From Octopus sinensis (lineage: Eukaryota): a stretch of DNA of 64,000 nucleotides. The position numbers and the translations under genes are program-made. Below are positions 11,635 to 24,376 of the stretch, in pieces. Location of the stretch: the NCBI RefSeq assembly GCF_006345805.1, contig NW_021834487.1, forward strand, positions 299,799 to 363,798, read 5' to 3'. The notes beneath the pieces were generated by a model. That model saw nothing but the letters and a program-made list of their open reading frames with translations, made no database searches and was not told the DNA's origin. The stretch's first letter is position 1. Each line of letters begins with the position of its first letter.

Positions 11635-12551
11635 ACATAATGCATTAAAATGAAGACAGCTTATAAAGACGACTTTAGTAAAGAATTTTATATTTAATGT
11701 TACAAAGTTAGATATATCTATAGAATTCATTACACAGCAAATATTTTCGTTACAATATACAAAATATTCTTTGACGTATCTGACCCATTGAGTTTTCTCT
11801 TACAAGAGAATCGTCTGCAGGAAATGGATTCGTAAGCATGCATTGAGATACATTGGTAAATATATAATACATATTTAGCGATTGTGTAGTTTCATACGAT
11901 TGGACTCAAAATATTGTTGCTCTTACATCTCCTAAGGAAATATAAGGGCAACAAACTGTTATTAATCAATAGCAGCGCTTATGATATACCATAATAGAAA
12001 TTCTAAACAAATTATTATTTTTACAAGCATTTACAAATCTACTCTGTCCAATGTAATATCCTAGTTTGACATGAATCTTTGTTTCTAAGCACTTTTCCTG
12101 ACCTCGTGCCAATAAAAAATTTTAAAACGGTCTTCGTATGACGTCACCTTCAAAGAAACCGATGTGGCAATGTAAACAAAGCAAGGCGATCGTAATAAGT
12201 AAACATTTTCGGTCAAAAATATTTACTCACTTCCAATCTGGCAATGTCAGTTGAATTACATATCTGACAGAACGCAGAGAAACTAGCTTGTCTAGTTAAC
12301 CGCTGGCTAACAAACAGCAAACACAGCCAGCCAGCAAGTTAGATAATCACACTGTCAGCAAAATACTGTCAGTTGAATTATAATACAGCCTGAGTTAAAA
12401 ATTATGAGTTTCCATCACTGAGAGCTTTATATATTCTTTACATGCATACATTCATGTGTGTCTGTGTGTCTGTGTGTGTACGTATGTATGTATTTGTAAA
12501 TTGAAAGGGTTTCCTCCAAGCGTTTACTTTATTATCATGTCTATATTTATA

Positions 12552-12654
<103 letters not shown>

Positions 12655-12787
12655 ATATATATTATATATATATATAAATATGTGTGTGTGTGTATGTATG
12701 TATGCATGTATACATATATCTATATGTATCGTTATTTAGAATACCGACCATATCAAGTTGCTAGCATGTGTATACACACACACACAT

Positions 12788-12831
<44 letters not shown>

Positions 12832-12894
12832 TATGTATGTATGTACGTATGTATGTGTATGCATATGTATGCATTTATTCATAGTGTAAAATGT

Positions 12895-12897
<3 letters not shown>

Positions 12898-12928
<31 letters not shown>
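12898..12928. repeat. (AAT)n tract at the 5' flank of the RLE LINE
   Basis: Direct reading; abuts the truncated 5' end of the LINE. Confidence 0.95.
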
Positions 12929-12931
<3 letters not shown>

Positions 12932-15853
12932 CACCTATTATAAACAGCATAAACCTAGCCGTCACTGAACTGATAGCCACTGAATCAAAAAAAAGTGATA
13001 TCACTGAGCTAAATAACCTAATATACGCAGCAGCCACTGCAGCCACAAAAGAAGCTGGATACTCACCCAAACCCGCCCAAACAGGAGTACCACCACCCAA
13101 ACAAACCCTGTGGATAAATAACATCCAAAGCAAAATAAAAAAAAATTAGAAAAGACCTGTCGATTCTTAATGAAATCAGCAAACAATCAACGCTACTGAG
13201 CAACAAAAAGAGAACGAAAATACTCCGCAAATATAACATCACAGAGAAAGATTTGCCTGAAATAAAAGAAAAGCTGAAGCAAGATATCCTTGCCAAAGCA
13301 CAAAGGATCCGCCGGTACAAGAAACGCCAACGCTTCTTTGAAGAAAACAAAAAGTTCAACTCCAACCCCAAAAAGTTCTACCAAGAACTGAGGAAAAATA
13401 AAATAGAAGTCACTGCAGCACCAACGGCAGAAGAATTGGAAGAATTCTGGAGAGAAATATGGTCGGCGAACGAACAGCCAAAAAAAAGGAGTATCAAAAC
13501 AACAAACTCGGCATCTGAACAACTTTGGACCCCCATAACAACTGAAGAGGTCACCCAGGCACTGCAAAGACTAAGCAACTGGAAGGCACCTGGGCATGAC
13601 AAGATCCCCAACTTCTGGTTGAAATATCTAACAGGAATGCACAAAAAACTGGCTGAAAACTTTAACAACGTACTAGCAGAGCCAGAGACAATGCCTGAAT
13701 GGCTCACGAAGGGGAAAACCATCTTAATTCCCAAATCAAATGAAACAGAAAAACCAGAAAACTACAGACCAATAACCTGCCTCCCTACTATGTTCAAGGC
13801 ATTTACTGCAGTGATATCACAAAGGCTGAACAAGCACCTGGACGAAAACAAACTGTTCCCAGAAGAGCAGAAAGGATGCCGCAAAGGCTCATATGGCTGT
13901 AAAGATCAACTAATGATTAATAAAGCCATAACTGAAGACAGCCACAGAAAGAAGAAAGGCCTCAGTATGGCCTGGATTGACTACAAAAAGGCGTTTGATA
14001 GCATCCCCCACACATGGATCCTCGAAACACTAGCCATTAACAAAGTAGCACCAACAATCATAAAATTCATAGAGCACTCTATGAATAAATGGCAAACAGT
14101 CCTACACCTCCAAACAAAAGAGGGACTCATGAAAACCAAAGACATCCCCATTAGAAGAGGAATATTCCAGGGAGACACGCTCTCTCCACTCCTTTTCTGC
14201 TTGGGACTGTCACCTCTATCTGATATGCTAAATAGAACTGGATGCGGATATAAATGTTACGGCAAAACGATCAGCCACCTTTTATATATGGATGACCTAA
14301 AACTATACGCTGCAAATGACAAACAGCTGGAAACACTATTAAAGACAGTTCATGGATTTACCAAAGAAATAGATATGAAATTTGGATTAGAAAAATGCGC
14401 CAAAGTAACCATGAAAAGAGGAAAACTAGTTAAGAGTAACAACATCACACTAGATAAAACCAATGAAATAAAAGAATTAAACCAAAGCCAAACTTACAAA
14501 TACTTAGGAATCCATGATCTAGATAAGACACAACACACACAAATGAAAGAGAAAATAAAAAAGAATATTATAGACGAGTTAGATCAATACTAAACACAGA
14601 GCTCAATGCTAAAAACAAGATAATAGGTATCAACACTTTAGCTGTCCCAGTTATAAGTTACAGCTACAATATCCTTAACTGGACACGAAATGAACTGACC
14701 AAAATAGATAGGAAAACAAGAAAAATAATGACAGGATCTAGGATGCATCACCCAAAATCTGACATAGAAAGACTATATATACAACGTATAGAAGGTGGTA
14801 GAGGCCTTATACAGCTGGAAAACTACTATAAAATAACCACCATAGGACTGCAAAAATATCTACTTCAGAAGGAAGGAAAACTGATCCAGATAGCAGCAAA
14901 ACACGAGCAAAACACGAGCAAAACAAAAAAACTGTTCTCAGTATTTAAGGAAGCTGACAAATACAAACAAGAAATCATACCACCTAATAAACATGAAGAA
15001 GAAGAAGAAGATGGAGAAACAACAAAAGCTATAAAACAAATGAAATCCAAACTAAAAATAGAACAGCAACGAACCATGATAAAACGATGGCAAGAAAAGC
15101 CCCTTCATGGTAAATACTGGACTAAACTAAACGCAAAAGAAATAGACAAAGAAAAATCCCAGCAATGGTTGAGAAGCTCAGGACTCAAAGCAGAAACAGA
15201 GGGATTTATAATTGCAGCACAAGACCAAAGCCTCCCCACCAGAAATTACCAAAAACATGTAATGAAAAGAAATATCACAAGTAACTGCAGAATATGTGGA
15301 GATGGACAAGAAACAATAAATCATATTATCTCTAGCTGCCCAGTCCTGGCTAAGAAGGAATATATTCACAGACATGACAGAGTTGGAACCTACATACATT
15401 GGAAGCTATGCCAACATTATGGAATAACAACAGAAAAAAGATGGTATAGGCACACACCAGAAAAGGTCACAGAAAACGAGAAAGCAACCATACTCTGGGA
15501 TATGCCGATACACACAGACAGAGAAATTAAGGCCAACAGACCAGATATAGTTGTCAGAGACCATGAAGAAAAAAATGCTTTCTAATTGATGTATCAATAC
15601 CGGCTGATGACAACGTGTCTCTAAAAGAAATGGAGAAACTCTCAAAATACAAAGACCTGGAAATAGAGGTAACTAGAATGTGGAATCTGAAAACAGAAAC
15701 AATTATATCATAGTAGGTGCATTAGGCATGATAAAAAAATATTCAGACAAATACATAACAAAAACACCAGGACTTACAAACACATATAACATACAGAAAA
15801 TTGCACTACTAGGCACTGCACACATCCTACGCAGAACACTTTCCATACAATAA
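12929..15853 (+). pseudogene. RT-RLE ORF interrupted by four single-base frameshifts
   Basis: The frame is restored by -1 A at 13137-13145, +1 A at 14557-14562, +1 A at 15569-15575 and +1 nt near 15705. It ends ..GTAHILRRTLSIQ* at 15851-15853. I saw no other stops. Confidence 0.85.
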
Positions 15854-15947
15854 CCATCAGAGCATCACAACAAATCACAGCACATACCCAAGGCACACAG
15901 AGCTGCGCTCGGTAGTGAAGTGAAAGCACGCTATAAAAATAAAACTA

Positions 15948-15950
<3 letters not shown>
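12929..15950 (+). mobile_element. 5'-truncated R4/Dong-clade non-LTR retrotransposon (RT, CCHC knuckle, restriction-like endonuclease)
   Basis: RT motifs KAPGHDKIPN, YRPITCLPT, QKGCRKG, AWIDYKKAFDSIPH, GIFQGDTLSPLLF and LLYMDDLKL; CRICGDGQETINHIISSC; RHD; ANRPDIVV followed, across a frameshift, by FLIDVSIP..EKLSKYKDL. Short 3' UTR, then (AAT)n. Confidence 0.95.

Positions 15951-16034
<84 letters not shown>
15951..16034. repeat. (AAT)n tract at the 3' end of the LINE
   Basis: Direct reading. Confidence 0.95.
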
Positions 16035-16344
16035 TTCTACAATGGGTGCAAGTTCTGAAATTTCGTACGAAGGAGTTTCACCGATTACCAGTGCTCAGGA
16101 AGCTCTTATTTTCTCGGCCCTTAAAGGATGAAAGTTAGAGACAGCTTAAACAGGATTAGAACTCAGAACGTAAAGAACCGTAAGAAATGCTGCAAATCAT
16201 TCTGCCAGCTCGCAGAATAATAAGGAAAGAGGAGACCCCGAAACCTCGACATTGTTGTAGACAATGTCGTTTGTACTGTGTCAGTATGCAAGAATGCAAG
16301 CTAGTCAGAAACACCAGCTGGCCAAAAGACGACCGAAGCATGTA

Positions 16345-16465
16345 ACTGATGGGATTTTCCCAGAAAGAACAACGCAAACTGACACACTTTCTTCAAATCC
16401 AATTGATTAGTTCTTTATTGGAGATTTGTAAAATATTCCAAAGATTCGCCATTCGGATTTGCTGT
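16345..16465 (+). mobile_element. Decayed C-terminal remnant of an RLE LINE (related to the 40343 fragment)
   Basis: MGFSQKEQRKLTHFLQIQLISSLLEICKIFQRF aligns by eye with LGFSKPEMRKLIRRLQIQS..AKICKTFQKF at 40.6 kb; a CA-rich tract follows. Confidence 0.55.
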
Positions 16466-16513
16466 AATGATGGTCATACACAACCAAGCGCACGTTTGTC
16501 ATATAACTCACAC

Positions 16514-16555
<42 letters not shown>

Positions 16556-16984
16556 ACACATACATCCACGTAAAAGCAAACACATACACAAACATACGCA
16601 CTCATATATAATACACACACACATTGGCAAACAGTAGTTACAGACACTCGTGTACTAAAGATATAAGTGCGCCTAGTATACGGGAGCAAGAACGTCCACA
16701 CACATCACTCTGTAAACCGCAGACATTAACTCAGGCACATACCCATAAATTGCAGGAAATGTCTTGCCGTACAGAAAATTTTGTTAGTTTTGTTAGAGAC
16801 CGGCTTGAATTCTTGCGAAATTAAATCTCATAGAAAAGCCTAAGTTTACACAAATATTCTTTCACAACACACATACATAAACCAATAGCTTACATTCACA
16901 GAAAAATATACGCGAATTCTTTTTCAGAATACATAGGGAAAGTGCACAGTTTTTGACGTATACAAACTTCAAAAATCAGAGACA

Positions 16985-17130
16985 ATGGTGGTGGTGGTGG
17001 TGGTGCTGGTGGTGGTTGTGGTGGTGGTGGTGGTGCTGGTGGTGTTTGTGTGGTGGTGGTGGTGGTGCTGGTGCTGGTGCTGGTGCTGCTGGTCCTGGTG
17101 GTGCTGGTGGTGATGGTGGCGGCGGCGGCG
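16985..17130 (+). repeat. (GGT)n/(GCTGGT)n/(GGC)n compound repeat
   Basis: Direct reading; merges into the truncated SINE at 17131. Confidence 0.9.
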
Positions 17131-17474
17131 GCGGTATTTCGTCTACCGCTACGTTCTGAGTTCAAATTCCGCCGAGGTCGACTTTGCCTTTCATCCTTTC
17201 GAGGTCGATAAATTAAGTACCAGTTACGCACTGTGGTCGATGTAATCGACTTAATCCGTTTGTCTGTCCTTGTCTGTCCTCTCTGTGTTTAGCCCCTTGG
17301 GGGTAGTAAAGAAATAGGTATTTCGTCTGGCTTTACGTTCTGAATTCAAACTCGGCCGAGGTCGACTTTGCCTTTCATAATTTCGGAGTCGATAAATTAA
17401 GTACCAGTCGCGCATTGGGGTCGATCTAATCGACCGCCCCCGCTCCAAAACTTTTGGCCTTGTGCCTACAGTAA
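17131..17474 (+). mobile_element. SINE family C (Meta-domain-like core), 5'-truncated dimer
   Basis: GTTCTGAGTTCAAATTCCGCC (B box), GCCTTTCATCCTTTCGAGGTCGATAAATTAAGTACCAG core; the second unit starts after GAAATAGGTATTTCGTC at about 17311. Confidence 0.9.
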
Positions 17475-17487
17475 TTTATGTCATACC

Positions 17488-17891
17488 TATTTCTTTATTA
17501 CCCACAAGGGGCTAAACACAGAGCGGACAAACAAGGACAGACATAGGTATTAAGTCGATTACATCGACCCCAGTGCGTAACTGGTACTTAATTTATCGAC
17601 CCCGAAAGGATGAAAGGCAAAGTCGACCTCGGCGGAATTTGAACTCACAACGTAACGCAGACGAAATACCTATTTCTTTACTACCCACAGGGGGCTAAAC
17701 ACAGAGAGGACAAACAAACAGATTAAGTCGATTATATCGACCCCAGTGCGTAACTGGTACTTAATTTATCGACCCCGAAAGGATGAAAGGCAAAGTCTAC
17801 CTCGGCGGAATTTGAACTCAGAACGTAACGGCAGACGAAATACGGCTACGCATTTCGCCCGGCGTGCTAACGTTTCTGCCAGCTCGCCGCC
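17488..17891 (-). mobile_element. SINE family C dimer with 11 bp TSD
   Basis: Minus head GGCGGCGAGCTGGCAGAAACGTTAGC; TSD TATGTCATACC at 17477-17487 and 17892-17902. Confidence 0.92.
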
Positions 17892-17935
17892 TATGTCATA
17901 CCCTCATATGTCATACCCTCATACATAGTCGCTCT

Positions 17936-18001
<66 letters not shown>

Positions 18002-18499
18002 TTCGCCCTCACTTAGTCTTTCTCTCTATCTTTCATGCATATCACAAACAAACACACACACCCGCGCGCAATCACACACACACGCGCTCTTACATGAACT
18101 TTCAGTTGAGTAAAGACGCACTGAAATATCGCGCAAATACAGCAACGTGCAAACACATGCACACACATATACATTCATGTGCACACAATAACTCACGTTC
18201 ACGCATGAAACACGCAAGTAGACATATGCATACACACATACGCACAACCAGATACACACATGCACATGTAAACACGCTCCCGCTTGCACCCGCATGCACC
18301 CCCAGCCCCCATACAAACAGATACACACACATACTCTCACATACTCTCACGCTGTATAAACTTCCCCTGCAAAATGTGTCGACTTCAATTTTAACTTTTC
18401 AAACACCTCGTTAACACATTTTGACATACATTGTGTTTATGTCTACAACAACTGAACATAATTAACACTGCATGTGGTGGCAAAATGCTGCAATATATA

Positions 18500-18909
18500 C
18501 AGTGGTGGTGGTCGTGGAGGAGGTGGTGGTGGTGGTGGAGGAGGTGGTGGTGGTGGTGGTGGTGGTAGTTCTGGTGGTGGGTGCGTGTGATAGTGGATAT
18601 GGTGGCGGTGGTGGTAGTGATGGGGTTTGTGTGTGATGCTGGATTTGGTCGCGGTGGTGGTGGTGGCGACGGTGGTGGTGATGGTGGTGGTGGTGATGTT
18701 GGTGGTGATGGTTGGAGTGGTGGTGGCGGTGGTTGATGTTGGATTTGAGATGTTGGTTAAGATAGTGGTGGTTGAGTGGTGGTGGTGGTGGTGGTGGTGG
18801 TGGTGGTGGTGGTACTAGAGTTGGTGATGGTGGTGGTGTGGTTGTTGAGCTGATGGCAGCGACGATGGTGGTAGCATTAGTGGCGATGTAGTTGTAAGAA
18901 ATAGTGGTT

Positions 18910-18970
<61 letters not shown>

Positions 18971-19381
18971 AGGTGGTGCCTGTGGTGGTAGTGGCGATGG
19001 TTGAGGTGGTGGTGGTGGTATTGGTGACGATGGTGGTTCTAGTAGAACTATTGTTGTTGGTGGTGGTTGTGGTGGTAGTGATGGGGTGATGGCGGTGGTG
19101 ATGGTATTAGTAGAGGTGATGGTAACGGTGACGTTGTTGGTAGTGTGTAGAGGCGGTGGTGCAAACGGTGGTGATGGCGATGAGGGTGATGGTGGGGTTG
19201 TGTTGTTAGTGGGGGACAGTAATGGCTGATGATGATATCGGGAGTGTCAGTGTCAATGATCATAGTGGTGCTGACGGTTGTGGTGGTGGTATTGGTAGTA
19301 GTAGTTGTTGTGGTGGTGGTGGTGGTGGTGGTGGTGGTGGTGGTGGTGGTGGTGACGGCGACGACTCTTCTACTGCTGCTG

Positions 19382-19415
<34 letters not shown>
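18500..19415 (+). repeat. Long degenerate (GGT)n/(GTA)n/(GAT)n low-complexity tract
   Basis: Direct reading; source of the poly-V, poly-W and poly-P ORFs in the track. Confidence 0.9.
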
Positions 19416-19612
19416 CCCTCTTCTATAGGCACAAGGACTGAAATTTGTGGGTAGCGGGCAAGTCGATTTGCTGGTACTTAGTTTCTCCATTTCCAAAAGG
19501 ACGAAAGGTAAACTCGAACCAAGCAGCATTTGAATTCAGAACATAAAGATGGAGCAAATGTCGCAAAGGATTTTATCCGGCGTGCCAACGATTCTGCCAG
19601 CCGACCACCTTA
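19416..19612 (-). mobile_element. Old SINE family C copy with (ATC)n tail
   Basis: Diverged head (GGCAGAATCGTTGGCACGCCGG on minus) and tail CCTTGTGCCTATAGAAG running into (ATC)n. Confidence 0.65.
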
Positions 19613-21854
19613 CTGCTGATGGTAATAATGGCGGTGTTGGTTGTCTGTCACTGGTCAATAATACTCGGAAATTGGACTAGCACATGCAGAATGGTTTCGT
19701 TGTTCTGCGTATGTATTGGCCTCTGACCAATTTTATTTCCGTGCCAGTATTAATGCACCACGGCAGCATTGCAAACTAAGAACTTTTGGAAGTTATCTGT
19801 AATCTACTAACCGAAAATCCTGCAAAACAGTTCATCCACTTCATTTTTAGGCACGTAGAGTTAACCCGAGATCATGATCACTTTTCTATACAGCTTGTCG
19901 TCCGTAAGTTGCTAACATGGAAGTTCTACCCTACCAAACTGTCTTGCTAGCAGACTGATTTGCTTGCCTATGTTCCAGATGCTAGGCGCACAGGTTTGGT
20001 CTTTGCTCCACTCACGGCTGTAGCTCACTCAAAGAGACAAACCGATGAAGGACGTGCCTGTTAAAGACAACTACAGCAGCTCACTGTCAAGAACTGTCAG
20101 TAAATAACTTCGTATCAACAGCCAGGCAATTCTATGTTATCTTCGCAGAGGGTATAGACCGCTGATGAACCAACTGCCCAGTGGAATATGCCTCTTCCAC
20201 AATAAGTGGAAGTGCAGACGTTCTGATCTTATCACGCGAAAACTGGGACAAGAGACAACTATGAGGTAATAAGTTATAATAATGTGTGAGTTTTTCAAGT
20301 CTGCACTAAAATGAGGTTAGGATAGAACCATACCACCCAAACGGATTTTCAGCGATCCACATTGACCTGAATTTATTTGTCCAGATGCCGAGCTACAAGC
20401 CCACCGATGACATCGGCTTAAGATTTGATTATGCCAGCAGTGATTTGGCCGAATGTTTAGCACGCCAGGCAAAATTCTTGGTGGCATTTCGTCTGCTTCA
20501 TTCCAAATACCGTTGCGGTCGACCTTGCCTCATCCTTTCGATAAAATAAATACCAGTTAAGAACTGGGGTTTCTGCCATCGACTTAACCATCTCCCGAAC
20601 TTGCAGGTCATGTACTAAAATTTGAACTCAATATTAGAAAGGTACCAACGTGTTCGACTTGCATGTTGTTGACACCAGTAATATAACGTCATTCACGTAA
20701 GCTGAAACGGGGGTTTCTGCATCTCAGTTCAAGCGGAATGCCCCTCACTACTTCAAATTTCTGCCAAAAGACAAACTTTTCACCGAGCGACAATAGGATT
20801 GAAAACGGTTCTGCGAAGTGAATTTCACTTCTGACAAAACTTGTTTCCAAAAGTGGATGGAAAATGTCCTTATATTTAATAAAAATAAAAATAAACGGAA
20901 TTAAAATAAACAGAATGTGGACATGAAATTACTAATGATAATTGGTGCACTAGTTATGCTGACGTGGCACAATTGTTAGCACGTTCCCTCCCCTCGAAAT
21001 TGTTGTCATCGAACCATGCAACGGACAGGCATCCCATTCAGAGGAAACGTCATCGTTTCGCTCACTTATACGCCATTAAAACTGAGTAACGAGTCTTGCG
21101 AGTCCCAGAGCTCAAGAAAAATGATTTTAAGAAAAGGTCTGTCAAAAAATATGAACAGAAACCTCTGAACTCGATCAGAGCTCAAAACTTTCCACAGTTC
21201 AACACAAAACTGTTAGGCACAATCGGTTTCCTACGCAAGACACAATCATTTCAAAGATGCAACTCAAATATTACTTTTTCTATACGTAACGCAAACCTTA
21301 TGCAATAAACACCTATTCAAATATTACAACGTATTTGACATACTCTACAATATGAACAAAACATAGCTGATACACCAGAATATGCTACCAATATCAAAGA
21401 GAAAACACATTCTGCAGAGCTGAATTCTGTTCACGTAACAGAAACCATACACTCTACACATACATTGTCTGATATTAAAACACATTTTACGCTGCACATA
21501 AGTCACATTGAAAATTCATCAGCAACAAGCCAAGTCACATTACGAATCAAAGCTGATGTAGTTTATAAACACACCTCTGTATTCATGGAAGGTAATGCCG
21601 TTCATACCCCAAGAACACAGAGGTGCAACTGCTGGTGCAAGGAGCAATTTCGTATAAACTGTTCAAAACATATTGATCATAACAATACTAATAATGACAA
21701 AGGATGAAAGCAAAGTGGACCTCGACTTTCTTTGAACACAAACGTAATAACGAACGAAATGATACTAAGCATTTTGTCCGGCGTGCTAACGGTTCAGCCA
21801 GCTCGCCACCTTCATAACAATACTAATAATACCACAATGCTATTAATAATAATA

Positions 21855-22069
21855 ATCCTTTCTACTTTAGGCACAAAGCCTCAAGTTTCATAGGACGGGG
21901 CTAGCTGATTACATCGACCCCAGTGCGTAACTGGTACTTAATTTATTGACTCCGAAAGGACGAAAGGCGAAGTCGACCTCGGCGGAATTTGAACTCAGAA
22001 CGTTAACGGCAGACGAAATACGGCTACGAATTTCACCCAGCGTGCTAACGTTTCTGCCAGCTCGCCGCC
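21855..22069 (-). mobile_element. SINE family C monomer with alternative tail ending in (ATT)n
   Basis: Intact head to 22069, core, then tail GGCTTTGTGCCTAAAGTAGAAAGGATTATTATT. Confidence 0.88.
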
Positions 22070-22916
22070 TGAATGCTAATAGTATCAAGAAATAGTTTCT
22101 AATTTTGGAGCTAGGCCAGCAAATTTTATGGGGAAGGAAGCAAGTCGATTACATTGACGACTCTGCTTAACTGGTACTTATTTTATCAACCGCGAAAAAA
22201 AAAAAAAAAAGGGAAATGATGAAGGCAAAGCCGACACCGTTGAAATTTGAACGCGGAGAGTAACTAGTCGGAACGTATTTTTCCGACACGCCAACTATTC
22301 TCCCAGCACCACGTCAACCAGTAATAGTTTCGTTTATTGCCACATGGGCGATAAAATGGAATGTTAGAAGGGCAAATTTCATATGATTGAGGAATATTAT
22401 ATAGAATAAAGTGAAAGAGATACAAAATAGAACATAAGAACATTACGCAAAAAAAAAACAAGCAAATAAATAGGAGAAAAAATACCAATAAATTATTATA
22501 CAGGAATTCAGACAAAATAGGAGAACAAAAGGAGTGCTGATTCTCATTAGAAAACAACATTTCGAGTGATATCCTTGATATTGAAATGTAGAAAATCTAA
22601 TTTCATTAAAATATAATTAATTCCTAACAACCGTAAATAAAATCATATGTAATAGACATCGGAAAAGAACTTCAACAAATTATAATTTGATTTTTAGAAC
22701 AATAAATAAAACGTGAAGAAAATTCTCTGCAATATTTTCAATTCTCTCTATTCTTCCCCATTGTTTGTTGTTAACCAATTCACTGGAAAGGTAATATTAC
22801 CATAGTATTTATTTACTTATATGTTCGTCTATTTTTGGTGTGTATTCACACAATGATAGACTGGTTAACGCACGCATAGATTGTGATATATATCTATACG
22901 TATATATGAATATATA

Positions 22917-22960
<44 letters not shown>

Positions 22961-23151
22961 TATATACATACACATACATATATATATGTATATAAATATA
23001 CATATATATTTTTATATACATATATATATATATGCATACATACATATTTATATATATATATATAAAATGTACGGCACTTTTTTAATATGTGACCGCGTGT
23101 GTTTCGTTGATGATTTTCTTTTTCCGTCCTCCGTTCTTTGGACCTTTTCTA

Positions 23152-23190
23152 TATTTCTGATGAAAAGCTCAGCTCGAAACGTGAGATCCT
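23152..23190 (+). ncRNA. Degenerate minimal hammerhead motif in a PLE-like repeat
   Basis: CTGATGA(23157-23163), AGC-tca-GCT stem, GAAA(23176-23179), ACGT palindrome. Position 17 is G, so it is probably inactive. Confidence 0.45.
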
Positions 23191-23267
23191 CTTTCTTTTC
23201 TTTCCTTTAGTGAGTGTTTTTTCTTGCTTGTTCAAGTTTGGATTGACTATATGTATATATATATGTA

Positions 23268-23329
<62 letters not shown>

Positions 23330-23341
23330 TAAATTCACAAT

Positions 23342-23383
<42 letters not shown>

Positions 23384-24326
23384 GTAGGTTACCAGGATAC
23401 CACTTGCTAGAACGATGAAGTAACACTCCAAAACCATACATTTCTCACTATTAATAAATACGCACGGTGAATGCAACGAATATAATAAAATAGGCTTGCT
23501 AGCTACAAAAGCAAGAAATAGATATTTTATTTAATTTTACACCACCCCCCCACACACACACACATACATAACATGGTGGCAATATTTCTAAATGGCGGCG
23601 CTCTGCATGGTCACATCTTTCGAGTTGAAACTAGAAAAAGAACAGTGTGTGTGTGTGTGTGTTTGTGGCTGTGGTAAGGAGTTTGCTACCCAACCACACG
23701 CATCCAGCTATAGTCCCACTACGTGGGACTTTCAGCCGAACAGAGCCTTGTGAGTTGATTTGGTAACAGGAATCTGAAAGTAACTGTATATATATCAGCC
23801 GAAATTACTACGATGATCCGGTTCTTGACTGAAGACTGAGGGTTTCGAGTGTCCTGTCCGTGTTTATTGTGTCGTCTTCTAAGAGTTATACGTTCTTGTC
23901 CATGTTGTATTTTTCTACATACCTTAATATATATATATATATATAAGCAAGGGTACAAATTAGTACCGGCAATTACTAGAAATAAGAGTAAAAATCGACT
24001 CGAAAAGCCACACAAAGCACTAGCCTCATAAATTGACGAAAGCGAGGGAGAGAGCTAAACGACCTTTCTACACTGAGATAAACCCACAAATGAAGCAAAA
24101 GGATGTATACTTCTCACGTGATTTCGAACTATGATCATTATAATCTTAGTGCTCATCAGAGGATCTCGCTGATACTCAAGGTTAAAAGTGTATCTCACCT
24201 TGTACAACACACGAGAAAAACCCGTTAAAAGCTAGCGCTAATTCAAAATATGCCTTTAAGTTTTAATTGCTAACGAGCCACCTGTATTATAATATAGTTA
24301 GTATATTATGGTCTTCATTGTATTTA

Positions 24327-24370
<44 letters not shown>

Positions 24371-24376
<6 letters not shown>

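Noticed and set aside
13063-15645. Minus-strand ORFs overlapping the LINE
   Set aside because: Antisense shadows of the RT-RLE coding sequence.
16346-16366. CTGA-TGGGA-TTT-TCCCA-GAAA hammerhead-like string
   Set aside because: It lacks a full CUGANGA and any stem III or UH, and is better explained as RLE LINE coding remnant (MGFSQK).
17131-17891. CRISPR-like or tRNA gene interpretation of the recurring SINE units
   Set aside because: The units are about 190 bp diverged retroposon copies with TSDs, not short repeats with unique spacers; the heads do not form complete cloverleaves.
19620-20270. GC-balanced unique-looking segment, possible exon or LINE relic
   Set aside because: Stops in the frames I read and no recognisable motif.
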